This document shows positions 20,765-30,875 of a stretch of 42,734 nt of DNA, piece by piece. Position 1 is the stretch's first letter, and the number at the start of each line of letters is the position of its first letter. Source of the DNA: an uncultured Pirellulaceae bacterium (lineage in GTDB: Bacteria > Planctomycetota > Planctomycetia > Pirellulales > Pirellulaceae). Under the pieces are notes generated by a model, which was given only the letters and a program-made list of their open reading frames with translations, had not been told where the DNA came from and made no database searches. Made by a program: the position numbers and the translations under genes. Where the stretch lies: positions 1 through 42,734 of the forward strand of contig CAZDBE010000003.1 of NCBI GenBank assembly GCA_964503675.1. The letters run 5' to 3'.

Positions 20765-22230
20765 TCGGCGGCCCACCAATTTCGCCCGTCCCGGTCCATC
20801 AATACCGCAGCGGATGTTGGGCCATCCGAGCCTGCCGCGTAGGTATCAAGTGGCACATCTACCGCCGTCCATGATGCAATCAACTGATCAACCCATGCCC
20901 ATGCCGCTTCGACTTCATCCTTGCGCATAAAGAGTGACAGATTTCCGCGTACGACATCCATCAACAGACGCTCATAGGCATCTGGATAGCGCAATGTGAA
21001 ACTATCCGCGTAGGAAAGGTTCAGCGGCAGAGATTTCACCCGCAAGCCGCCCGGCCCCGGCTCTTTGATTTGCACATAAAGCTGCACGCCTTCATCAGGC
21101 TGCAGGCGCATGACCAGACGATTGGCGGTTTGCCTCGCGTCGCCAAAGATAGAATGCGGCACATCCTTAAACTGAATGACGATATCAGAATGACGCGAAG
21201 CCAAGCGCTTGCCTGTGCGCAGATAAAACGGCACCCCGGCCCAGCGCCAGTTCTCAACCTCTGCCTTGATCGCAACATAAGTTTCGGTATCGCTTGGCGC
21301 ATCGCTGCTTAGCGTTTCTTGATAAGACTGCACCGCTTCGCCGCCCACCAGCCCTTCCTTGTACTGCGCCCGAACGGTTTCTGACTTCACGCGCTCAGGC
21401 GTGATCAGTTTCAACGCGTTCAACACCTTTATCTTTTCGGTGCGAATATCATCGCCTTGCATAGAGCCAGGAGGCTCCATGGCTGTGAGGCAAAGCAATT
21501 GCAGGATATGGTTTTGCACCATGTCACGCAGCGCGCCTGAGCCGTCATAATAATCAGCGCGGCCCTCAAGGCCGATATCCTCAGAGACCGTGATCTGAAC
21601 ATGGTCAATCGACGCTCTGTTCCAGACAGGCTCAAACAACGTATTGGCGAACCGCAAGACCATCAAATTTTGAACAGTCTCTTTGCCGAGATAGTGATCA
21701 ATTCGATAGATCGACGACTCGTCAAAAACAGCGCCCACCCCATCATTGATCTCTTTGGCAGAGGCCAGATCCGTCCCAATGGGTTTTTCCAGCACCAGGC
21801 GCGTCATTCCATGCGACAGCTTGTTAGTGCCGAGCGCTTCAGCAATGCCAACATACAGGCGCGGGGACGTTGCCAGATAGAAGATACAGGGCCGTTTAGG
21901 GTCAACTGTGATCAGCGCGCGTAATGCGTCCCAGTCCGCATCTGGGTGCGTCGCATCCATGGGCACATACTCGAGGAGTTTTTCGAACGCGCTCCACTTG
22001 TCTGAATCCCAGGCGTCTCCTGACGACGCCTCGCAAGCTGCGCGGGCAAAGGCGCGGTAGGCCTTGCTATCCATGTCAGAGCGCGCAGACCCGATGATGC
22101 GGCTGGTTTTAGAAATCTGGCCATCCAAAAAACGGTGGAACAAAGCGGGCAGCAACTTGCGCTTCGACAAATCTCCCGTTCCGCCAAATATCACCAAATC
22201 AAACGGATCAACCGCTACGAACGTTGCCAT
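20761..22230 (-). CDS. zwf: Glucose-6-phosphate 1-dehydrogenase (copy 2)
   Basis: [27 protein letters not shown]. Confidence 0.96.
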   Translation of the reverse strand: MATFVAVDPFDLVIFGGTGDLSKRKLLPALFHRFLDGQISKTSRIIGSARSDMDSKAYRAFARAACEASSGDAWDSDKWSAFEKLLEYVPMDATHPDADWDALRALITVDPKRPCIFYLATSPRLYVGIAEALGTNKLSHGMTRLVLEKPIGTDLASAKEINDGVGAVFDESSIYRIDHYLGKETVQNLMVLRFANTLFEPVWNRASIDHVQITVSEDIGLEGRADYYDGSGALRDMVQNHILQLLCLTAMEPPGSMQGDDIRTEKIKVLNALKLITPERVKSETVRAQYKEGLVGGEAVQSYQETLSSDAPSDTETYVAIKAEVENWRWAGVPFYLRTGKRLASRHSDIVIQFKDVPHSIFGDARQTANRLVMRLQPDEGVQLYVQIKEPGPGGLRVKSLPLNLSYADSFTLRYPDAYERLLMDVVRGNLSLFMRKDEVEAAWAWVDQLIASWTAVDVPLDTYAAGSDGPTSAAVLMDRDGRNWWAAE

Positions 22231-22243
22231 GAATCAGTCGCTC

Positions 22244-23878
22244 TCACCAGAAGACAAGATAGATGCCGATCAACGCAGCAACAATTAGTGCTGAGGCAAT
22301 TTTGAACCCCATTGTTGTTGCGAAACTAACGTCTGATACCGGCAAAACCTGATCTTCGCGCGGGGGCGAGGTCATCAAGGTGACGATCACGCCAAGCAGC
22401 ATGCATGTCAAGAATACGATCCAAACCCGAATAACAAATGGGATGTCAGGCGCCGCAACTTTAAGAATGATGTTTAGAACGATCGACCCAATAAGCAGAG
22501 CAAACGCCCCAGCTGTATTCGCGCGCGACCAAAAGAAGCCGAGCAGAAACACACCAACCACACCGGGCGCGATGAACCCAGTGTATTCCTGTACAGTTTG
22601 AAAGCCACTTTCAAAACCCTGCTGGAATGGCTGCGCAGCGATGAGGGCAATAACGATCGCGGTGAAGGCTGAAATTCTGCCGATCTTCACATAATGTTGC
22701 TGGGACTGATCTGATCGCAGATCTTTGTAAATATCCATCGTAAAGATGGTCGAAATCGAGTTCATCATGGACGCGAGCGACGACACAATCGCAGCGATTA
22801 ACGCTGCAAAAATAACACCTCTCAGCCCTGACGGCATCAACTTCATCAACTCGCCATACGTGCGATCTGGTTTGCCGCAAGTCGTAGGATTTGAGGGATC
22901 CGCGCAAATAGTTGGATCGAGCAATTCAGGTGATAGCTGGTTTCCGAGTGCATCCCCTGCAAGCATCATTGCCGCGATACCCGGGATGACCACAATTACG
23001 GGTATCAGGAATTTGAGCAGAGCCGCGAAGGCCAAACCTTTTTGCGCTTCAGAAAGACTCTTGGCACCTAAGGCTCTCTGGATGATGTATTGATTGAAGC
23101 CCCAATAGCTAAAGTGCAAGACCCACAAGCCGCCGAGCAAAGTCCAAATTCCCGGAAGATCGCCATAGCTGGGATGATCGTTTGCGAGAATCATTTTGAA
23201 ATGGCCCGGCACTTCTTCATACATGCGCGACAAACCGCCTAAAGCGCCATCATCACCGCCCACCATGCCCAAAGAAATCCAGGTAATGGCGGCGCCGCCT
23301 GCAATGAGAACCACGACTTGAATGATGTCGGTTAGCGCCACCGCTTTAAGCCCACCATATAGTGAATAAAGCGCGGCAAAGGCCGCAAGACATATCATTG
23401 CTGGCAGAATGGCAAGGCCTGTCAAAGACTGAATGGCAAGCCCGCCGAGCCACAAAACTGTGGTCAAGTTAACAAGCGTGTAGAGTGCTACCCAAAAGAC
23501 GGACATCATGTTTTTGACGCCCCGGCCATAACGTTGCTCAAGGAACTGAGGCATTGTGTAGATGCCGCGCTTCAAGAAAATTGGGAGGAAGAAGGCTGCC
23601 ACGAACAAGAGAACGATCGCCGCCTGCCATTCATAAGCAGCAATCGCTAGCCCGACGACATAGCCTTGTCCTGACTGCCCGATAATCTGTTCTGCCGAAA
23701 TATTTGCTGCAATCAGCGATGCACCAATGGCCCACCACGGCAAAGACTTACCAGCAAGAAAATAGTCTTCTGTGTCTTTGGTTTCACCCGCAGGTTCCCG
23801 GGATACGAACAGCGCTATGGCGAGCAGCGCGACGGCGTACAACCCCACAATGACTAAGTCGAATGATGATAGCACCAT
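22244..23878 (-). CDS. Sodium:solute symporter (SSS), SglT-like sodium/glucose transporter
   Basis: YFLAGKSLPWWAIGASLIAANISAEQ, YGGLKAVALTD, YWGFNQYIIQR; about 14 TM segments. Confidence 0.92.
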   Translation of the reverse strand: MVLSSFDLVIVGLYAVALLAIALFVSREPAGETKDTEDYFLAGKSLPWWAIGASLIAANISAEQIIGQSGQGYVVGLAIAAYEWQAAIVLLFVAAFFLPIFLKRGIYTMPQFLEQRYGRGVKNMMSVFWVALYTLVNLTTVLWLGGLAIQSLTGLAILPAMICLAAFAALYSLYGGLKAVALTDIIQVVVLIAGGAAITWISLGMVGGDDGALGGLSRMYEEVPGHFKMILANDHPSYGDLPGIWTLLGGLWVLHFSYWGFNQYIIQRALGAKSLSEAQKGLAFAALLKFLIPVIVVIPGIAAMMLAGDALGNQLSPELLDPTICADPSNPTTCGKPDRTYGELMKLMPSGLRGVIFAALIAAIVSSLASMMNSISTIFTMDIYKDLRSDQSQQHYVKIGRISAFTAIVIALIAAQPFQQGFESGFQTVQEYTGFIAPGVVGVFLLGFFWSRANTAGAFALLIGSIVLNIILKVAAPDIPFVIRVWIVFLTCMLLGVIVTLMTSPPREDQVLPVSDVSFATTMGFKIASALIVAALIGIYLVFW

Positions 23879-24008
23879 ATTTTCGTACCCCCTCTATTGT
23901 GCCTGCTTTTTCGTTGTGCAACGACACAGTTTGGGACGTCGCTTAACTGCTGACAGTTATATTCTTCAATCCTTTCGGCACTCACTCAACAGTTCAAGCG
24001 CTTTGCGC

Positions 24009-24041
24009 TGAACGGGACAATCGACAAGATGAATCGGACAA
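24009..24041. promoter_or_regulatory. Direct repeat TGAACGGGACAA / TGAATCGGACAA with 21-bp period, candidate LytTR site
   Basis: 10/12 identical repeat two helical turns apart, about 130 bp upstream of the SSS gene. A related TGAAGTGGACGA lies at 35092. Confidence 0.4.
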
Positions 24042-24065
24042 ACCCCTTCTATAAAGAGGTTTGTC
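24037..24065 (-). terminator. Stem-loop downstream of GH3 (terminator or stabiliser)
   Basis: Minus strand GACAAACCTC-N9-GGGGTTTGTC; the U-tract is weak. Confidence 0.4.
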
Positions 24066-24093
24066 GACGAGAAATCCAAACCGTACATTCTTG

Positions 24094-26607
24094 CTACTCA
24101 CACGCGATATCTCTGTTTGCTGGAGTGACCAAACGAATATCGGCTAAGCCAATTTGCGCGCCGCTAGGGGCAGCAAACAGCAGTGATTTATCCACTTTCG
24201 AAAGGTCCACCTCCGCAGCATAGCAACGAAGCGGTATTTGCACTTCGCGCCAATCGCCTTTGGCAACCGTGATCGCCTCAGTCGCCTTGCACTCTAGCCC
24301 CGGGGCGCAGCCGAGCCCTACATTAAGATTAATTTCGCTCTTTGACTTCACTGCAAATGCCAGAGCTTTGCCGTCTGCGAGTTCCGAGGACCAATCCACC
24401 GAGCTACCCTCAGGAATGAATGAGAGAGCGCGCCCGTCTTTTGTAAACGCCAGCTCGATCGAGTCTTCTTGAGACAAATGATCTGAGCGCGTTGCGGTCA
24501 AGCCATCCAGGTTCGCGCCAGTGCCGTTGAAGATGACGCCTTCTGCATCAGAAATCAGGAACGTTTTCCACGGCGTGAAAGTCCCCCCTCGGCGAAACAC
24601 AGCCCCTGTCTCCGCAAATTCGCTAGAGTTTAGCCCGGAGTCTTCAGACAGCTCCGACATCGCTGTCGGTTCGTTTTCATACGACAATCCATACCCCAAG
24701 GCGAACTGAGGTTCGTATGCGTCAGCGCCGAAATTGTTGTCGAAATCGATCGCTGTTTTAGGCCAAGAGAACGACAACCGTCCTGTAAAATCAAATGCGG
24801 GGTCCGTTTGGAACAGAATATCAGCAACGCCGCCGCCTTCGGTTCCGGGTAACCATGCCGCAATGAAAGCATCCGACGCGTTAATTTCGGGATTCGTCCA
24901 CAAAGGTCTGCCCGACAGGAACACAGATACGACTGGAACTCCGCGGGCTCGGTAATCTTCCAGTTTTTTAGGATCAAACCCATTTGGCACAAAATCTAAA
25001 TGATCTAAGTCGCCTTGAAATTCAGCGTAAGGGTCTTCACCGTAGATGGCGATCACCACATCCGCCTCAACTTCAGATGCGTCAGAATCATCCAAAATTA
25101 CACGCCCGCCACCCGCTTGCACGGCTTCTTCAATGCCACTCAAAATTGACTGGCCGTTGGGGAAATCACTGTTGGAGTATCCGCCGCCTTGCCATGACAA
25201 CGTCCAGCCGCCAGACTGTTTTGAAATACTGTCAGCGCCGTCACCTATGACAAGAACCGTCTTAGAATTGTCGATCGGCAAAGTTAGATTGTTGTTCTTG
25301 AGCAGCACCATTGATTGACGCACAGCGCGCCTGGCAACTTCGCGGTGAGCGTTTGATCCCAACAATGTCTCTTCCCCGGCTCGTGCGCGCGCGCTTGGCT
25401 TGGGCTTTTCAAACACGCCGGCCTGCAATTTTACGCGAAGGATTCGGCGGACAGCATCGTCTAATCGCTCCTTCGAAATCTCACCCGACTCAACCGCAGC
25501 CAGTGTCGACTTATAGATACCCTTCCAACTGTCTGGCGCCATGAACATGTCAACCCCAGCATTGAGCGATTCCGGACAGTCTGTATTCGTGCAACCCGGC
25601 AATTGGCCATGGCCGTTCCAATCGCCAATCACAAATCCGTTGAAGCCCATTCGGTCTTTCAGAACGTCGGTGAGCATGTATTTGTGCCCATGCATTTTGT
25701 CGCCGTTCCAGCTGTTGAAGCTCGCCATAATAGTCGTGACGCCAGCATCAATCGCCGGATAATACCCCGCCGCGTGAATATCCCGAAGCTCCTCCTCAGT
25801 TACAGTAGAGTCGCCCTGGTCAACGCCCTTGGTCGTGCCGCCGTCACCGACAAAATGCTTAGCAGATGATATCACGCGGGTTTCATCGAAGTAGGAGTCC
25901 GACCCCGGACGCCCCTGCAAACCATACACAATTCGATCGCCATAGGAGGCAACGATTGCGGGGTCTTCAGAGAACCCCTCATAGGTTCGCCCCCAACGAT
26001 CGTCTCGCGGGACAGCAAGAGTTGGTGCAAACGTCCAATCGTGGCCTGACACAATTAGCTCAGCCGCCGTCACCTTGGTAATGTCTTCAATCAAGTCAGG
26101 ATTGTTTGCCGCACCCAAGCCCACATTATGTGGAAAAACGGTCGCGCCAATTAGGTTTGCGTGCCCATGCACGGCGTCAATGCCCCAAATGATTGGGATT
26201 GCGATCTCGACACCTTCTGGGTCGATTGAAGCTTCAAAATAAGCGTCCGCAGCGGCCAGCCAATCTTTGGCCTCCGCATAGGGCTCCTCGCCAGGCGCGG
26301 AGTTGCCGCCTGATAAAACCGAGCCCAGGCGATACTCCTTCACTTCTTCCGGGGTGACACTATTTGTATCTGCTTGAATGACCTGACCGACTTTCTGTTC
26401 CAGGGTCATCTTTGACATAATGGTATCAATTTGTTCTTCGATCGCACGATCGAGTGGCGGCGGGGTCAGCGCTGGCCAAATATTGGAATCCAAGTTTTGA
26501 GTCACTTCAACTGGGTCAGTTGAAGGGGCTTCTTTGGAACATGCGGCCAAGCTAAGCAGCACACTTGCGAATAGGAAAAGAGACGTAGAGCGTTCAAATG
26601 AAGCCAT
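24094..26607 (-). CDS. GH3 beta-glucosidase / exo-1,3(1,4)-beta-glucanase, lipoprotein, with extra C-terminal domain
   Basis: Lipobox LAAC (Cys23), DAVHG, WGRTYE, KHF, MASFNS, IGDW nucleophile motif, SMVLLKN, AWLPG. Confidence 0.92.
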   Translation of the reverse strand: MASFERSTSLFLFASVLLSLAACSKEAPSTDPVEVTQNLDSNIWPALTPPPLDRAIEEQIDTIMSKMTLEQKVGQVIQADTNSVTPEEVKEYRLGSVLSGGNSAPGEEPYAEAKDWLAAADAYFEASIDPEGVEIAIPIIWGIDAVHGHANLIGATVFPHNVGLGAANNPDLIEDITKVTAAELIVSGHDWTFAPTLAVPRDDRWGRTYEGFSEDPAIVASYGDRIVYGLQGRPGSDSYFDETRVISSAKHFVGDGGTTKGVDQGDSTVTEEELRDIHAAGYYPAIDAGVTTIMASFNSWNGDKMHGHKYMLTDVLKDRMGFNGFVIGDWNGHGQLPGCTNTDCPESLNAGVDMFMAPDSWKGIYKSTLAAVESGEISKERLDDAVRRILRVKLQAGVFEKPKPSARARAGEETLLGSNAHREVARRAVRQSMVLLKNNNLTLPIDNSKTVLVIGDGADSISKQSGGWTLSWQGGGYSNSDFPNGQSILSGIEEAVQAGGGRVILDDSDASEVEADVVIAIYGEDPYAEFQGDLDHLDFVPNGFDPKKLEDYRARGVPVVSVFLSGRPLWTNPEINASDAFIAAWLPGTEGGGVADILFQTDPAFDFTGRLSFSWPKTAIDFDNNFGADAYEPQFALGYGLSYENEPTAMSELSEDSGLNSSEFAETGAVFRRGGTFTPWKTFLISDAEGVIFNGTGANLDGLTATRSDHLSQEDSIELAFTKDGRALSFIPEGSSVDWSSELADGKALAFAVKSKSEINLNVGLGCAPGLECKATEAITVAKGDWREVQIPLRCYAAEVDLSKVDKSLLFAAPSGAQIGLADIRLVTPANRDIACE

Positions 26608-26631
26608 GATTGGATTCCAATATGTGGTGAG

Positions 26632-28128
26632 TTAGGTCGCAGCCACAAAGCTGCAATATTTTTCTAGATAGGTCTGATGCATCGGCAATCCAGCAACGGT
26701 TTTGTCGACATTGCTGGTGATGTGCGAAAGGAAGCTTTTCATCTCTTCGGGCGACATCATATCGACGATCGGATGATAGGATTGGGGCATGATGCCCTGC
26801 CCCAGCATCACTTGTGTCCACGAATTTTCAGCGAAAAGTTCGTCATTCGCGCGGAATGTGCGCCCTGTTTCTTCAAACAACTGCATTCGATGACGAAGAC
26901 TGTCCGGTATATCCATTGTCCGAACATGATTCCAAAACTCGGAATCTGTTCGGTTTGTCAGATTGTAATGCAAAATTATGAAGTCGCGAATGTGATCGAG
27001 TTCGTAGAATGTTTGGCGATTGAATTCTTCCACATCGGAAGGCTGAACATCGCCTTTTGGAAACATTCGCATGAGCCGCATTATAGAGCGCTGAATCAGA
27101 TGGATGCTAGTCGATTCCAACGGCTCGATGAAGCCGCTCGACAGTCCAATGGACACGCAGTTTCGATGCCAGTGTGCGCGCCGCGTGCCAGTGCGGAAGC
27201 GAAGCAAACGAGGTTCCGTCAGCATTTCGCCTTCAATATCGTTCAGCAGGTTAGACCGCGCAGTGTCGTCATCCATGAAGCGGCTGCTATAGACAGTCCC
27301 GTTCCCGGTTCTGTGTTGCAATGGAATCTGCCAGCGCCAACCTGCATCATGGGCAATGGAGCGCGTGTACGGGCGAGGTGGCCCAACAGACTCTGTTTGC
27401 ACAGCAATCGCACGGTCACAGGGAAGCCAATGCGTCCAATCATCATAGCCAACCCCGAGTGCGCCTTCGATGAGCAGAGCCCTAAACCCTGTACAATCTA
27501 TAAAGAGGTCGCCGTCTATAATGGTGCCGTCTTCCAGAGACAGGCTTTTCAAATCTCCGTTCTCGGAGCGCTGCACGTTGGCGATACGGCCTTCCACGCG
27601 CGTAACCCCTCCATCCTCAGACATTTTTCTCAGAAACTGAGCGTAGGCTGATGAATCGATGTGATAGGCATAGTTCAACCCCAAATCGGGCAAATGCGCA
27701 AACTTACCTTGCTCGGCGGCAACCAGTTCAAGGCAGTAATCACCGAAATCCTTGGCAACGCCCATATCATGGCCGCGCTTCCAGAAATGCTGGAACCCAG
27801 CCGTCCAATGGTCTTGGCCAGTAATGCCGAATGAATGGATGTAGCGATGTCCGACGTCGGTCCAATTTTCAAACGCAATACCGAGCTTGAATGTCCCGCG
27901 CGCCATGCGCATCATTTCGACTTCATCGACACCAATCAACCGATTGTAAGTCACTAATGTCGGGATCGTCGCCTCTCCCACCCCCACAGTCCCAATCGCA
28001 TCTGATTCAACGAGCACGATATTAGCGACGTTTGAAATCGTTTTTGCCATGGCCGCTGCTGTCATCCAGCCTGCTGTTCCGCCGCCAGCAATAACTACCT
28101 TTTTACGTGGGGAGTTGTGTTCACTCAT
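26632..28128 (-). CDS. Flavin-dependent halogenase, tryptophan-halogenase family (halogenase 3)
   Basis: GGGTAG, GVGEATIP, GTFKLGI, WRWQIP, GFIEPLESTS, LFAENSW..VMLGQG. Start 28128 after GAGG (28140 possible). Confidence 0.92.
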   Translation of the reverse strand: MSEHNSPRKKVVIAGGGTAGWMTAAAMAKTISNVANIVLVESDAIGTVGVGEATIPTLVTYNRLIGVDEVEMMRMARGTFKLGIAFENWTDVGHRYIHSFGITGQDHWTAGFQHFWKRGHDMGVAKDFGDYCLELVAAEQGKFAHLPDLGLNYAYHIDSSAYAQFLRKMSEDGGVTRVEGRIANVQRSENGDLKSLSLEDGTIIDGDLFIDCTGFRALLIEGALGVGYDDWTHWLPCDRAIAVQTESVGPPRPYTRSIAHDAGWRWQIPLQHRTGNGTVYSSRFMDDDTARSNLLNDIEGEMLTEPRLLRFRTGTRRAHWHRNCVSIGLSSGFIEPLESTSIHLIQRSIMRLMRMFPKGDVQPSDVEEFNRQTFYELDHIRDFIILHYNLTNRTDSEFWNHVRTMDIPDSLRHRMQLFEETGRTFRANDELFAENSWTQVMLGQGIMPQSYHPIVDMMSPEEMKSFLSHITSNVDKTVAGLPMHQTYLEKYCSFVAAT

Positions 28129-28136
28129 AGCGCGCC

Positions 28137-29177
28137 TCATCTGTCCAAACGATTGCGAAGAAACGCGCGCACCCGTGCGGCCATATCTTCATCGATGGGG
28201 TTCAGTATTCCGCGCGCATGCTCGGGGATGTGATCGGTCGCGTCGCTTTTGTCGCCAAACACGTAATGGTCGAATATGTCTTTCCATATCCGTCTGTCGC
28301 TGGGGGGTAAATCGCGCAATGATAATAATGCGTGATTAAGCGCATCCTGCGGTGTGCCGAGATGCCGAGGAACATCTCGCCACCAATAATTCACCAATAC
28401 GTTCACACCGCTGGTCGCCTCGACATGGTGCCACCACATTGACGGGATGAAGATCGCGTCACCTGCAGACAACTCAGCCAACTGCGCAACATCAATCGCA
28501 TCTCGAAAACGCGGAAATCGCTCGAAGTCTGGCGCATGAAAATCAACCAGGCTGATCGGACGCCCCGCCGGCGTCAGCTCGAATGGACCTGGATAGAGAT
28601 TCGCCGTTTCATTGGGCGGAAACAACGTGAACCGGCGCCGGCCCGCAGCAACGCAAGCTATGTTCATCGGCAAATCATTATGGGCAGCAATGCGGCTTCG
28701 CGTTCCGATCCAAATGCTCGCCAACGGGACAGTCTCTCCGAAGTTCACACTGTTGTGCGCGTCGAACCCCGGCACGCAGGCGTCCAAATCCATCGACGCC
28801 ATATAGATCAGCGGAGGATCAGTCTCTTGACCATGCCGTCCAACCCTTTCGAGAAAGGTTGAAAAGAGCGCATTCCCCTTATCGGCATTCAGTCCGGTAA
28901 ACGCTTCATTGTAGAACATCCGCCCCTTAAGCGAAGCCGGTCCAGCCGACACAGGAACAGTGGCGCCGCGATCAAATTGCAGAAGATAATCTATGAGGGC
29001 GCGGTCTGAAGTTTTGGCCGCGCTGACAACGGGCCAATCCGACACGAAATTACGCAAAATAACGGGTGCAGTGCTTTCGCTAAGCGCGCTCACATTGTCA
29101 GAATTCGCCCGAAAGTCTCGCTCCGCAACCGGGCGGATTTGATCAAAAATGTTGGATACGTTGGTTTCGGTGGTCAT
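28137..29177 (-). CDS. JmjC/cupin-like (Cupin_8) Fe(II)/2-oxoglutarate oxygenase-like protein
   Basis: IWIG...AAHND..N, GRRRFTLFPP, GDAIFIPSMWWHHVE, LVNYWW; HxD...H triad intact. Confidence 0.85.
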   Translation of the reverse strand: MTTETNVSNIFDQIRPVAERDFRANSDNVSALSESTAPVILRNFVSDWPVVSAAKTSDRALIDYLLQFDRGATVPVSAGPASLKGRMFYNEAFTGLNADKGNALFSTFLERVGRHGQETDPPLIYMASMDLDACVPGFDAHNSVNFGETVPLASIWIGTRSRIAAHNDLPMNIACVAAGRRRFTLFPPNETANLYPGPFELTPAGRPISLVDFHAPDFERFPRFRDAIDVAQLAELSAGDAIFIPSMWWHHVEATSGVNVLVNYWWRDVPRHLGTPQDALNHALLSLRDLPPSDRRIWKDIFDHYVFGDKSDATDHIPEHARGILNPIDEDMAARVRAFLRNRLDR

Positions 29178-30754
29178 TACGATACGACCCCTTTTGCGGC
29201 TTGCTGTTTCTCAGCAGGTACACGATCGCAAATGTGATCGAGCAGCGCTCGATTTGATGGCAAACCGGCCAACAGTTTCTCGGCTTTGTTCGCAATTTCA
29301 GCTAAGCGCTGACCGGCGCGCGAAGGATCATCCTTACGCCGAGACAACGACCGCGTCTGTGTTTCAAACCCCATTCCGTAGAGGACATACGCGTAGCTTG
29401 CAGCCGGAAAAATTTCTTGCGATTGCGAGAAATCTTCACGCGATGGCGGCATGGCTTTCCAGCGCCCCATCAACTCCCTCAAGCGTTCTGGCCATGTCTC
29501 TTCAGCGCGTTGGTCACGCCAATACGGTTCGGGTCTATCGCTCAGGATGTAGTGCAATTTCAAAAAGTCGACGATACGGGCCCAGCGATAGGCAAATCGC
29601 TGGTTAAACCTTTGAGAAACAAGATGCAGGTCGCCAGTTTGTGATGGCAAGCTATCACTCAACATGGCGGCGGATAGCTCAACCATGACGATCGCCGACG
29701 CCTCTAAAGGCTCGACGAAACCTTGCGACATGCCGATTGCGACGACGTTCTTGACCCACGGTGTGGCGCGATATTCAGATCGAAACTTCAAAAGCCTCGC
29801 ATCGACGCCTGAAACGTTGCAGCCCGGCGCAGTATTCGCCAAATAGTCCGACAAGGCGCTCCGCGCTTCAGCTTCATCTGTGTGACGCGACGAATAAACG
29901 TAGCCAACACCTCGCCGTGATTGCAATGCAATATCCCATATCCATCCAGCTGATGCAGCGGTGGCATTCGTTTGAGATGGGATTTCGGTAGAGCTTTCTG
30001 AATAAGGGACATGAATCGCCAAGGCGCGGTCGTTGAACAATATTTCTGAGACATCAGTCAGCGGCGCATTCATCTTGTCGCCAATGAGCAAGGCAGCGCG
30101 GCCCGAACAATCAACGAAAACGTCTGCCTCAATCTCTCCATTGTCTCGGGTCGAAACAGAATGAAGCCAGCCGTCTGCGCTTAAACTAGCACCAACGACA
30201 TGATCAGACACATACGTGACGCCCAAGCGCTTGATGCAGTGTTCCTTCAGCATACTGGCCAATCCGGCGGCATCCAAGTGATATGCATAATTCGTAACAG
30301 CCGCATATTCAGGGGTCTGGAACTGCTTCGGCGCCCGTCCCGCACGGCAAGTATGCGATTGAGCACTGACAGCATCCGAAAACGCCGCCCCCTTTGAAGC
30401 GTTCCACAGGCTCACCATATCGACATCGTCCTCGCTTGGAGGTGCATCGAATGGGTGGAAGTAAGTGTCGGTTGCGGTTCCGTTTCGCCATCCAGTGAAC
30501 AATGAGCCTTGCTTGTAGCTCGCGTCACAGCGGCGGATAAAATCGCCCTCGTTCAGGCCAATGCGCTGCAGCGTATCACGCAGGCTTGGCCAAGTGCCCT
30601 CCCCCACGCCCACAGTCGGCACGTCGGGAGATTCGATCAGTGTGACTTTCAAGCCGTCTGCCGCATGCGTGCGATGATCAGCGGCGAGGACTCCAGCCGT
30701 CAGCCATCCGGCACTACCGCCACCAACAATGACAACATGTCTAAGCAATGTCAT
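29177..30754 (-). CDS. Flavin-dependent halogenase, tryptophan-halogenase family (halogenase 4)
   Basis: GGGSAG, GVGEGTWP, ASYKQG, HPFD, YAYHLDA, WIWDIA, GFVEPLEASA; TAATG coupling to the cupin gene. Confidence 0.92.
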   Translation of the reverse strand: MTLLRHVVIVGGGSAGWLTAGVLAADHRTHAADGLKVTLIESPDVPTVGVGEGTWPSLRDTLQRIGLNEGDFIRRCDASYKQGSLFTGWRNGTATDTYFHPFDAPPSEDDVDMVSLWNASKGAAFSDAVSAQSHTCRAGRAPKQFQTPEYAAVTNYAYHLDAAGLASMLKEHCIKRLGVTYVSDHVVGASLSADGWLHSVSTRDNGEIEADVFVDCSGRAALLIGDKMNAPLTDVSEILFNDRALAIHVPYSESSTEIPSQTNATAASAGWIWDIALQSRRGVGYVYSSRHTDEAEARSALSDYLANTAPGCNVSGVDARLLKFRSEYRATPWVKNVVAIGMSQGFVEPLEASAIVMVELSAAMLSDSLPSQTGDLHLVSQRFNQRFAYRWARIVDFLKLHYILSDRPEPYWRDQRAEETWPERLRELMGRWKAMPPSREDFSQSQEIFPAASYAYVLYGMGFETQTRSLSRRKDDPSRAGQRLAEIANKAEKLLAGLPSNRALLDHICDRVPAEKQQAAKGVVS

Positions 30755-30839
30755 CGACGACTAACTCCTACCCTTCATGAACGAGCATTACCTTACCGAA
30801 AAATACAAATCCCCATAAGCGAATAACGCCAGAATATAG

Positions 30840-30875
30840 TTGGGCCGGAATGTGCGCGAACACATCCCGGCCCAA
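30840..30875 (-). terminator. Strong stem-loop just downstream of the TBDR stop
   Basis: Minus strand TTGGGCCGGGATGTG-TTCGCG-CACATTCCGGCCCAA (15 bp, one G-U), with no strong U-run. Confidence 0.65.

Noticed and set aside
26677-27651. 324-aa plus-strand ORF
   Set aside because: Antisense shadow of halogenase 3 with no motifs.
5725-30754. Pyrrolnitrin- or rebeccamycin-type biosynthetic cluster
   Set aside because: No prnBCD, reb, NRPS, PKS or flavin reductase genes; the context is sugar uptake.
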